In this document: positions 11,300 to 23,239 of the stretch, one piece after another
Numbering within the stretch: position 1 is the first letter of the stretch
Layout: each line of letters begins with the position of its first letter
Program-made: the position numbers and the translations under genes
Source of the DNA: Heterodontus francisci
Lineage: Eukaryota
DNA length: 64,000 nt
Reading direction: 5' to 3'
Assembly: GCF_036365525.1 (NCBI RefSeq)
Contig: NC_090402.1
Location: 16,474,428 to 16,538,427, forward strand
Notes under the pieces: generated by a model
What the model saw: the letters and a program-made list of their open reading frames with translations, nothing else
What the model was told of the DNA's origin: nothing
Database searches by the model: none

Positions 11300-12060
11300 G
11301 ATTATTGCAGAGTGGATATTCATATTATCAGATAGATGGATCTTAGAAGCAATAAAGGAGGGCTATGTTTTCATCTCCAGACACCCCACCGAAAGACGCA
11401 TTGGTATAGATTTTGGGGGATTATCTGAGGATTCTCCAACAAAGAAGATACTTTTTTATGAAAAGATGTAGAAACTTCTTTCTAGAACTACCAAAGAGCT
11501 GCTCCAGAGCCAGGAATATTCTGCTTCCACCTCTTTATTACTGTCAAAAGCACTTCAGTGCTGATTGAGTCGTTATGTTTTTTCAAACATGGCTGCCTTG
11601 ATCGATCTGCTCAAGAGGTCAAATACTTTGGTACTGCAGTACTCTAAAATGGCTTGAAGATATAGGTTTCCAGATACTTGTCTCTAACATTTTCTTAGTT
11701 GTAGTATACTGCCCAGTTTGGAAGTTCAAACGAATGAGGAAGAATGCCAAGTTACTTATTGGGGTACAGCTTTCCTCATTCAGAATTCCCACATAGTCAA
11801 CTTCTTGTCGCTTCAGAACTCCCATCAGTTGTTTCTCTTCTGACCTGGTTTGGAGTGGCAATGCATCTTATATTGTTTTTACATTACCTCTTTTCACATT
11901 TTGTATCTTTTTCTTCCATTGTGGTCTATATATTTTGCACTTTCAGCAATTATTGTTGCTTTTATCATTGCCTGATGTTTATCAAAAAAGACTAGTATAC
12001 TTCAATAGTCTTACTTGGCTCAGGAATCCCTCCCCATTGTTTCTAAGGGCAAGGAAGTAT
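11300..12060 (+). mobile_element. Possible very old DIRS/Ngaro (tyrosine-recombinase retrotransposon) RT remnant
   Basis: WIFILSDRWILEAIKEGYVF resembles the DIRS RT N-terminal motif W..ITSD.WVL..I..GY.I.F. The similarity further downstream is weak. Confidence 0.3.
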
Positions 12061-14099
12061 GGAACTGCCCAGAATGAGACTGAGCCAGCAAAGCTGGGAA
12101 AAATCACCAGAACTTGAAGTGTGAAAATAGTAAGGAACAGAGTGATTTTTCCCTATGGAATGGAGGGAAAACCTATTTTGTATATGGACGTGGGACTTCT
12201 TTCTAAGAATGAAGACCAGTATAACTAGAATATGTAATCTACCATTATTGTTATAAAGCTCTGAGTAAGATTAAGTGAAGGTATTTTGTTTGTTTTAAAG
12301 TGGAAATTATATTATGGAAAGAATAAAAATGTGACTTGGTGATAGAGCACTACAGCAGCGATGCAATGTGTTGCATAATGGAAGAACATGGATTGGCTCT
12401 TGCAATTCCCCACAAAGTGAGCTGTAGCTATTAGCAGTGCTGTTGGGGCATGTGTCTAATATAAGCCAGGTGTTCACCACAGGGAGGTATCCAGGGCTGC
12501 TCTCATACCTCCGAGATGGTAGTTGCAGAATGCCATTGGCAAAGGCCTAGGATGTGTGCCTACCTGCCCTCCCTGCCAGGGCTATAGTGTTTAGAGCGGA
12601 AAAGGAGAAAGAAAATAACACGGAAAATTCTAATGATTCCATACCTGTTGAGGTGAGGAACACTGAATAAGAGCCAAGTTCACAGTAAGTAGATACAGTC
12701 TCGTTTTCTCAGAGGGTTGATGATCAAAACTTGACACAACATATGTGCTTTGAAACGGACAGTTAAATACAGAGTACTTGCCAAAATATATTCTCTCTAT
12801 GTGATTTATTATTGATAAATCTTGACCAAGTAGAAAAACAATTAATAGGGAAAATGTACATATATAAATTATAATTTTAATGTAGCAACAAATCAGGAAT
12901 ATTTGTGCTGTCACATTCGCACTCATATGTATAGGGTACTGTATAATATAACCTTTAGATAGATGAGCCCTTTGCTTTTATCACATTGAACTCCTGGTGA
13001 GATGCAAGTTGATGGAAGTCACCATGGTGAATGAATATGTGAGAGGAGTATGAGCCTCACAATGCAATAACATGGCACGTAATGCAAGCCAAATGATAAT
13101 TAGTTTTGACATGAAGCTCCATCATCCTCAGCCAGCAAAGGTTAACAGAGGCAGACTCTTCTGCCATGGGGCCCAAACTGAGCTTGGCCATCTTCCTTTG
13201 AAACTTGGCCACTGGTTTCAGTACAATAAATGCCAGGAGTTCCCTGAGCCACCAACTGACACATAATTCACTGCAAACAAAACCTAGCACCAAAATAAAA
13301 TAATGTTTCTGCATCCTTTTACCTGGGGTTTTCCTCTTATTAAGCATACATGTCAAAATGTGGATCATATTGGCATAATCTTCAATATCTCAAACCCTTG
13401 TGAGAAAATCCTTGAATACTTCACATAACTCATTCATATATACTCAAGAAATCTATTTTTCAGTTCCACTACACATGGTCAAATACAAACAGAAGCCAAA
13501 ATGAAAAACATAATGGTTAAATGAAAAAGCATCTACATGGAATTGTTATGTAAAGGGTGTTCACACTGCCAGCAGGAAGCCGTGGCTATATAAAAAAAAA
13601 ATCATGTTTTTGTTCTGACTTAGTTACTGGAAAGCACAGAATACTTCTCTACCATTCTGTACGAACAGTTAACTACAATTCACTGAAGTCTATCTAAAGT
13701 ATGCCAAGCCATGGTGGTGACCTGCCCAAGGGCAGGTCCTCTGCTCTTTTTCTCCACCCATGAGAGAGCAGCATGAATAGAGAAGAGGGTATATGAGGTG
13801 ATTTCCATCTCAAAGTATAGGTCTGTATAAATTGTCATATAATGTAATGGTGAACAATTAATTTGCAGCAACAGCATTAGAGGCCGAAACAAAGGTTAAA
13901 CTGTAACGAGGAAAAAAATTAGGAGGTAACCAAAGTCACGGTCAAAGAGATAGTTTTTTTTTACGTTTGGGAGAAAGGCACCTAGCTAGAGGGATTTAAG
14001 GAGGGAGTTCCAGAATGCAGAGTTCAGCCAACTGATGTTCTGGTGAAACAAAGGGAAAGAATTTGCAAAAGAGATCAGACCACAAGAATGGAAGACATG

Positions 14100-14790
14100 C
14101 ACACTTGGGCCTGTTGAAGAAATGGTGAGACAGACACTTCTGCCTACCCCACATGATCCAACTGATAGATTTCATGTAGAGGCAGTGGAGACAGCCTCCT
14201 CACATGTCGCAGATAATGGATAAGTTACAGGATTTACAAGTCACATCTGCAACATGAGGAACACCACAGTGAGTGTGGTAGACCAGCTGATTTCTGCAAC
14301 ATTAAAATGTCATGAGGAGGTCCCAAGAGCGATTGTTGCTTCCAGAATGACAGCAACCAATGCTTCCATAGATGCTTTGAAAAGCATGTTAGATCAATGC
14401 TCTCAGGACTCAATTAGGATTATTTGGCCTGAACTCACACAGCTTGGGCCCAATACGAACGGGCTATGAGGATTGGTTGCAGATGCTGCTGTTTCTCATG
14501 ATAGTAACAATATAGCTGCATAAATCCATTCCCCTTCAATGCTGGCACCGAAGAAACATTCTGGTCTGGGCCCAGTAGGCATGCAAGAGACATGACACCA
14601 GCAGCAGGCCCTGCAAAGAGATTGGCATCACTGAGACAAGTGCTACCTCAGCCCTTGAGGGCTCCATTGATACAATCCCAGCTGAAAATCTCTCAATTTC
14701 CTATCACTGATGTAGCACCACAGAATAGGAGGTTAGAATCTCATGAACAGAGAGTTTTAGGCACAAAGGGTAGTCATGGTGATAAGTAGT
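14100..14790 (+). mobile_element. Possible decayed C-terminal part of a Harbinger Myb-like accessory ORF
   Basis: Short ORFs 14254-14469 and 14592-14789 have a composition resembling the coiled/low-complexity tail of such proteins. Recognition is weak. Confidence 0.3.
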
Positions 14791-16424
14791 AGTATTAGTT
14801 GTTTCTTCACACAAGGGGTAGTGAAACTCCCTTCTATTGGAAGGGTTATGGAACAAAGCCAGGTAGATGGAGTTAAAATACAGATCAGCTATGATCTAAT
14901 TTAATGGTGGAACATGCTCGACAGGCTGAATGGCCTGCTCCTATTTTTCTTTCTATTTGTTCCTATGTCATAATGAAGGGACAATACAAAAATAGAAATG
15001 AAATATTTGGAAATTTGGTATCTTTGTGTTTTCTTTCAATGGAGGCCATCCTGTTATCTCCTTGATATAATGGTTAATGTTTGCAAGTGCCTTTGGAGGG
15101 GGTACAGTGCCGATTCAAAAGAATGACACCAGGGCTTAAATGGTTTAATTATAAAGGTTGCATAAACTTAGTTTGTATTCCCTTGGGTTTAGATGGTGGA
15201 GGGTGGTCAATTTATAATTTTAAACATCTCAATTAGGTCACCTCTACTAGTGTTGCAGGATTACCACTCTGTGATCTTTGACCTTCCCAATTCTTTCCCA
15301 CCTCTGGGACCTTGTACTGGACCCAACACTATGACCTTTTTTGGTGGCAGTGTTCCCTGGAAGTGATAACTAGGAGGAAAGACAGAGAAATTACTGTGAT
15401 CATTAAAACTTGTGTTCCCAACTTCATCTGCATGCATCAGGCTTAGCTTTGTGCATACAGATCAGGGTTAGGTTTGTCAGTGGAGGGAAAGAATGGCCAT
15501 TTTTGGGGCAGCATTTCAACAAAAGGCATTTTGTCACAATAGTTGCTGCAATACCATCTGAAAATGGGCCAATTTATCAAGGAAAATTCAGACCACAATG
15601 TCATGTAGGATTGAGGGAGACTGCAGAAGTAGAACAGGGGGAAAATTTGTAGGAATTAATAAGCAAGGACAAAGGTTTTCAGTGCATTGGGGGATGGGTC
15701 AGCTAACAGAAATTGGTGGTCATGCAGAATAGACAATGGGAACTTGTGCAGGATAAGATGTAAGCAGCACAGTTTTGAATGAATTGGAGTTTATGTAGGT
15801 TGAAATATAGGAGACAATGAGGAGGGAATCAGAGAAATTGAGCCTGGAGGTGGTGAAGTCCTGAATGATGATTTCAACTGTGATGAGGTGAGGTTCTGGT
15901 ATCAAATCTTGGATGTTTTCTATGAGCAGTTGCATGGAATTGCACTCACGTGGTTCTCATGTCTACCTGCTAGTGCATCTGCAACAATAGCTTTCCTCCC
16001 GGTGCATACTCCATCACCTCATCTGTTACCTTTCTGCCAAATTTCAAGTTTCAATCCCATCTCTGCAGCCTTACACCACTCTCCCTCCTTCCTGCACCCT
16101 GCAGACCTATTGTTCATCCCACATTTCTTTACCTCACCATCGGTGGCAGAGTCACTCTCTGTACATCCCTTCCAAAACTCATTCTCCCCCTGCAAAAGCA
16201 GCTCTTTAATCAAGCTTTTGGTCATTCCTCCTAACTTGGCTTGTCATCTGTTTTCTTTTCACCTGTCAGTGCTTTGGAACTGTTTGTATGTTAAAGGTAC
16301 AATAATAAATGCAAAAGCAAAATACAGTGGCTACTGTATCTCCAGTATTTTGCTTTTGTGTTAGTGTTTAATTCACTGCCACTTCTCGTCCAGGAATGCC
16401 CACTTTGAAGAAGATCTGCTCTTT

Positions 16425-16510
16425 GCTCCAGTTCTGATGAAAGATCATCGACCTGAAACACTAACTCTGTTTCTTTCTCCACAGATGCTGCCTGACCTGC
16501 TGAGTATTTT
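16425..16510 (+). mobile_element. Penelope-like terminal fragment with degenerate hammerhead motif
   Basis: AGTT-CTGATGA-A-AGATC-ATC-GACCT-GAAA-CACT-AACT, followed by ctgtttctttctccacagatgctgcctgacctgctgagtattt. Confidence 0.7.
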
Positions 16511-16723
16511 GTTCTTATACTATATAAATGCAAGTTTTTTTTTAAATGTTGCTGGACTTCCATTGTGAAGGCCAGAGTGTTTAACCTTTGTTAGCTCTTG
16601 GCTAAGTTGCTAGGTAACTCGATAGAGCACCTGATGACAACAGAAAGGCTTACTTTCAGGAAGTATGAGAAAAGAGACAGTACCAGATGCACTCTCAAAG
16701 CATACTTCTGGTTATGTGATTGT

Positions 16724-17449
16724 TTTTTTTCATTTCCAAAATATACTTTATTCATAAAAATCTGTAAAAATTACATTCCCAAACAGTTTCAAACAGCACC
16801 AAAAAATACAAACATTGCAAGGGAGATCAGTTTCCTTCAATACAATCATGAGTTGCTCCACAACCCTTCCATTTCACCTTTGTCATGCCAATTACATTTT
16901 TACATTTACAGCAAATGAAAATTTTCCCAATACAGTTCGAGGGGTTTCCCATGGGTCCAACCCCTCAGTTCAGTTTGGTGGGGGGACCTTACACAGTGGT
17001 CTTTCCCCATTGAGCCTTTGCTGCGGCTGCCCCAAGCTTTAGTGCGTCCCTCAGCACGTAGTCCTGGACCTTGGAATGCGCCAGTCTGCAACATTCGGTG
17101 GTGGACAACTCTTTGCGCTGGAAGACCAGCAAGTTTCGGGCAGACCAAAGGGCGTCTTTCACCGAATTGATAGTCCTCCAGCAGCAGTTGATGTTTGTCT
17201 CGGTGTGCGTCCCTGGGAACAGCCCGTAGAGCACAAACTCCTGTGTTACAGAGCTGCTTGGGATGAACCTCGACAAAAACCACTGCATCTCTTTCCACAC
17301 CTGCTTTGCAAAGACACATTCCAGGAGGAAGTGGGCAACCGTCTCTTCCCCACCACAGCCACCGCGGGGGCATTGCGCAGAGGGGGCGAGACTTCGGGCG
17401 TGCAGGAAGGATCTGACGGGGAGGGCCCTTCTCACCACCAGCCAAGCTA
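16724..17449 (-). mobile_element. Tx1/L1-clade non-LTR retrotransposon, 5'-truncated, with TSD
   Basis: ORF 16989-17438(-) has the C-terminal zf-RVT-type motif CPRGGCGGEETVAHFLLECVFAKQVW. Poly(A) tail appears as a T-run at 16723-16730. 16-bp TSD CTGGTTATGTGATTGT at 16708-16723 and 17450-17465. Confidence 0.9.
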
Positions 17450-19160
17450 CTGGTTATGTGATTGTAGAACGGCACTGTTAATGGTTTGAGAGCTCCACAG
17501 GCAAGGTTGATCTCCTGAGGATGGAACTAGGTGATTGGGAAGGCCCTTCAAAGTTGTTTGTAGTACAATGTCATTCTGACTGATGCAGACATAACATACT
17601 TGTCCTGTAAACAGGCAACAATAAATTTTTGCTTCTGGCATACTTTTGCTTGTCCTGCTGCTAAATGCGAGAATGCTTTTGCAGATTGTAATTACTCATT
17701 CCAGTCATGAGCAGTCATTTGTGCTGCAAGCTTATTTAAAAAATAAATAAACATTGTGGTCCTCATATAATTTTCTTCATGTAAGGTATATGGATTAATA
17801 ATGAATAATAATAATGAGGCTATTGAAAATGCCCTCAGAAATAATTGCACAATTATTTGGATATAGTTATTTAGAAACAAGTGAAAAAATTGTAAGCTAA
17901 CTGAAGCTTCATTCCTAGGATACTTCATCAGTATTGCATAACACCACAGGTAGATTTGAAGTACTTTGCTTTCTAATTGATAAAAATGAACTGGATTTCC
18001 ACAGAAGTTTTCATGTTCTTCCATCATAACTTCAGTGACGTTTCCGCACTTCTTTCATTAAAGTTAGGCTGGACTAATGGGAGAATCCACATGGAGATCC
18101 ACCCCAGTAATTTAAAATGGGCAGCTAGGTAATGGAGTGAGGTACAAAACCCACAAATATTTCAATAAATCTAAGTTACTCAAAAGCACGACGACAATCG
18201 GGGTTGGGTTTGGGGCTGCGTGAATTGAAATGCTGGAGGGGCTAACCTTTTCTTATCCACTATTTTTTCTAATGTTCTTGTGATTAAGCTCGAAATTCCT
18301 GTTTGCATACTATTCATATTTTGTTTGTGCTCACACACCCTGACTTATCAGCTGTCCAACGGGTATGACATTTTAGCCCATGCTTTCATAAATCAAGTTT
18401 GAAAACTTCACATTAATGCATGATTTTAGAAAAAATGGTTAAAATATGCCAAATCAATGGGGAAGGAAAGATTTCTAAATGGCCCTTTTGTAGGCACACT
18501 GCCAAGTATTGCCCGGCTCCAGGTCTACAATTTAAGACTTGACTCCTTATTCATTAGGGATTCCATGGCCCCCACCCGCCCTACCCCACCGAAACTGGTC
18601 CAACATTTACACTGAAGATGGCACTGAGATTAAACTCATAGAATTAACTGGAGAAGCACAGGAACAAAGAACCACAGAGTAAGAATGGATAAGGCCCACA
18701 TTTGCCACTAGCTCTTTAAGGTCAATCTAAAAATGCGCCAAGAAAAGTTGAAAATCCAAATATCTCTAGGTTGCAACAGGGATTGTGAATGATTGGTTAC
18801 CCACGAGAGGATGACATGCTTCTTACAAATCAGACTGCAATCTGGAGAATAATAATTTCTTTGCAAACAAGTGCAACAGGCTTCAGAAAAATAAAAAAGT
18901 GACAACATGACATCATTAACGCTGCTGGTTGGCAACCAAGACAGTTCCACCACATAAACCACAGTGGCAAAAACTGCAGACTTGTTTTAGTTTATGCACA
19001 AAAATGAATTATTGGTCCAAAATGACACTTTGGGGTAGAGAGTGTAGATCACAGGCATAGATCCTAAGTACAGTAGGCTATGACCCAACCTGCCTTAGGG
19101 TCGATAGTACTTCTGTCTTTTAGTGATTTTACAATGCTTCTTTATCAGATATTCTAACAA

Positions 19161-19884
19161 AGGCTGAACTTCATCAGCCCTCTAGGAACGGGCGAGGTGA
19201 TGTGGGGGTCCAAATAATAGTGAGAGAAGGCAGGGAGTGGAGTACCTGTTGCCTTCCCAACGCAATTCATTTTGTCAGGGGCGGGAAAGGCCAAGGATGG
19301 CCTTCCTGCCCAGAGGCCACCTGAGGCCCTTAACTGGCCAGTTAATGGTGACAAGGACCTCATCCTGCTGCTGCTAGTATTTAACCAGTGGCGGGGGGCC
19401 CTCTGCCACGTAGGGAGGCCACCCATTAAAAGCAGGCAGCTTCCCTATGGGCTGGTGATGGGGGCGCCTCCTGCTTGGGTAATCTGTGGCCACAGAGGGC
19501 CTCCGGCGGTGAAGGCCACCCTGCACCAACAAATCCCCCCCCCAACCCATCCAACTCCTCACTTGTTCCTGCCTGACTGGCCCCAGTGAGCCTGCCCCAC
19601 TTACCTTCACTCTGGGGCTCCATGGCTACTCCTAGTCCCGGGTCTCCTGTAGTGCAAGCAGTAGGTCACTGCTCCCGTTAGCACTGCTGGGACTGTTGAG
19701 CTACCAGCGCTCTGATTGGTTGGCAGCTCTTGGAGGCAAGCTCCCCGTCCCACCCTGGCACCGGGCAGTTAACTACCGGAGCACTGTAAAATGCAGCCGG
19801 GGGTGCCACAAATGCCCGAGACAGAGTTCCCCTTGCCTTCTGGCCTGGTGTCAGGGCCCCCACTGACTGCATAAAATCCAGCCC
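19161..19884. mobile_element. Harbinger-type MITE
   Basis: Left end (a)ggctgaacttcat, right end ataaaatccagccc. Internal ggcccttaactggcc motif is shared with other copies. Confidence 0.7.
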
Positions 19885-19897
19885 AAAGTTACCACCC

Positions 19898-20370
19898 GGG
19901 CGTGGTCTAGGAGGTGGGGTGGGGATGTAAAATAGGGTAGAAGGCAGGGGATGCCATGCCCGTCACCTACACACCCCCACTGCTATTTTACCAGTGGCAG
20001 TGGAGGTGGCAGACGGCCCGCCGGCCCTTAGGCCATTTAATGGTGTCTTCCTGCTATGCTCATATTTTACCAGCGGCAAACGGCACTTCAGCAACTGACA
20101 AGACTGCCTAGTAATATATGGCATATATTACATGTGGGCTGGGAGGGACCCTCCTGATCGGGCACTATGCCCCACAGAGGCCCCCCCCCACAGCAGCATA
20201 GGCTGCCCCCCCAAATCAAACCCTCTGCCCTAGACTCTAGACTCCAACACCCCACCCCATCAGGGTCAAGCACATATTCCCCAGCAAAGCCCAACTCCCA
20301 CTTACCCTTTCCGAGGCCTCCTCCATTGTTGCTTGGCCTGACTGGGTGTGCCCCCAGCAGTGGTCACCGT
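19898..20370. mobile_element. Partial MITE of the same family
   Basis: Shares internal blocks (attttaccag..., gcccttaggccatttaatgg, cccagcagtggtcacc) with 31018-31739. Termini are not clear. Confidence 0.5.
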
Positions 20371-23239
20371 CAAATTCAAGCCACTGTGTTAATACATGAT
20401 GAAGTTGCAAACATCATGTTTCTATCAGCTGTAGAAATAGGAATACTCATGGTTTGGTTATTTTGCAGCAGTAATGACTCACATTAAGGATTTTGCTTAT
20501 TGAAAACACTAGTAAGAATGAACATACTGGTCAACCAGCATTTTGTGTCCCAACCTGCTCTATCTCATTTTTCATCAGAGAGAACATTTGCAAATCTTTT
20601 TTTTTTAAATGTTCTACACAAACTTCTTTTGAATTTTTTTCCTTGTCAATGTTCTCCATTCATTCTATCCTCTGCCCATCTCATACTGTTGACTCCATGC
20701 TGGAGAGTGGTTCTAAGGATGGGCACAGGTGTTCTCTGTTACTTCACCCAAGTTGACATTATTCCAAGTGAAACTTGACTATGAATCGCAGCAGTTATTC
20801 AGCAATGGAAGTCATCACAACTGAGCAAAATTGGGGATCAGACCCCACCCACTTCCAGTAGCAGTTACAGCCTGCTGCTCTGGCCAGTTCCAGAGTGCTC
20901 CCGTCATGACTAGAAGCCAAACCTGTCAATCAGGCGGACTTCCAGGTAAACATCCTGTCAAAGAGTTGCACACTGTGGAGTTAAAACTCCGCAGTATGCG
21001 GAAAGGCCCGGACTTCCGGGTTTCACATCTGAAACCCCGCCCCCTCTTACACAACCCCATCCCCGTTAATATCGGGGGCCAGATGTCCCCCCTATGATTT
21101 TCCTGTCTATATGGCTCAATATAATTACTGTGTAAATTTACTGAGGCATTGGGATTATAATCCCATTTTTCCAAATTCTGATTTTTGAAACAATTCAGAA
21201 AACCATCATTGTAAAAATAGTATAAAGAAAAAACTGCGATACTGACATACAATAAATCATTGTGAGATATTCAGTTTCCTGCTCGGATAATGACGCTTTG
21301 TAACTGTACTGAAAACAGAAAAGACACTAACTAGTGGTATTTATGCTGGTGATTTTCTTTGAGTGGCAAGTCCTCATGTTACCTACAGCTTGTTATAATG
21401 ACAGCTAGTTGATGGGAAAGCTGCTATACTCAGTATGATCTGGATGATGTCAAGCAGACACTGTCGCTGTATTTAGAACCTAGGCTGTTTTGAATGGTTA
21501 CAGTATACGGCCTTCTCAAATATCTGGACGGATCCTTTAAATCCAAAAACAAAATAATAGGTTAAAGGAGGAGAAATAGTATGGTATTTAAAAATTGGTC
21601 CAAATTACATGTTACTTAATTTTTTCACAAATAAAATCCTATTTGATGCATTTTGCCTTTGACCCTCGTAAAACAGGACATTTTTATTCTGTCCTTTTTT
21701 CAGGATCAGACACAGATTTATTCTCTCCCTGAAGCCTGCAGTGTTCAGATCTGGGAGGGTCAGGAAGGTGGGAAGAGTACAATAATAGATAAGATAGGGG
21801 CTCCCATGGGACTTGTCCACCGCACACTCTATCCATCAGCTGCCTCTTTCTCTTACCAAGGTCAACACTAATGAGCATGAGCCAGGGTCTCAGCCCCACG
21901 GGATCCTCCAATCAGCTCCCAGCAACACTCACGCGTTTGCACTTGCAAGCAACCGCTTGCATACGAGAGAACACAGAAGCCAAATCACAGACACTTAAGA
22001 AATGGCAGTATTTCTCCACTCAGGAGTACAAGTTTGCACTTACTGAGTTAACAAAAAGGATTCTGTCTAATATCATTGAATACTTAATTCTGTCAGATCC
22101 TCGCTTTCAAATGACTCATTAGAAATACATTACAATCAATTTCACTTCCGTGAGTACTTGGGTGAACTTATATCTTTGAGAGGTGAAAATGTCATACAAA
22201 TAAACTGCACCCTTGTGTTGGTTACTCTCTGCTCTACTGACAAATGCAATTGGCTAGAAGTAAAATTGCTCAACTGTGGAATTATTGTCACAACGGGAGC
22301 ACCACGGATATGGCAGCTAAAGGTGTCCAAAATAGCTGCTTGTGGAATGCATTTGCTGGAGGGAAGATCAAACTCCTTTGGCCTGATACGGAGCATTTAA
22401 CAACTCCTGCAGATAGCATTTTGTATTAATAATAAAGAAAGGTTTTTGTGCAATCTAAGTCAAATTTCTTGAAGAAATGTTGCTGTTTAAAAAAATTACA
22501 TTAAAAAATGCTTTTGAGGAAAACGTATCATAGCAGTTTGAGCTGCCATGAATGATAGCAACTTTTCTATCTGCTGATTTGAAACGCAGAACCACTTGGA
22601 TAACAAGAGTAAGTGGTGGTACAAGGGGGAAAAATAATGATTGTGCCGAGAACTGATGCAACGTATCCCCAGCTGTGCCAGATAAACTCTAACAGGCAGC
22701 AAACTTGAGACTGTCCAGTTATACCAAACCACAAAACATATGTCTTTCCTATGGACATCACTGGAAAATGATATATATAAATCTTAAAGGACATGATATT
22801 CATTAAAGTGTTGGTGGCATTGTCTGGAAGTACAATATCAGCTTCCACATGTATGTAGATGGTCGACATCATTGCTTCTTCCATTGACACAAAAGGTTGT
22901 TACCACATTCTTAAAATGCTGGTCTGATTTCAAGAACTTGATTAACCAAAACTTCCTCCAGCAGAATATTGGCAAGACCATGGCTCACTTTTTTGGCTCC
23001 TGTCATCTCCTTTGTGCCTTTGACTTAATTTGACTCCCAGCTGTCATCTCAAGTCGAGTCAAGAACCTTTGCATATTCACAACTCTGAGCTCAGCTTCAT
23101 TCCCCACAATTGCTTCATTATCAAAACTGCCAACTTCCAGCTCTGCAATATGTCCCACCTCTGCCTCTCCACTTCTGGTGCCAAAACTCTATCTATGCCT
23201 TCATCACCTCAAGACTTCAATATCTTACTATTTGGTCTC

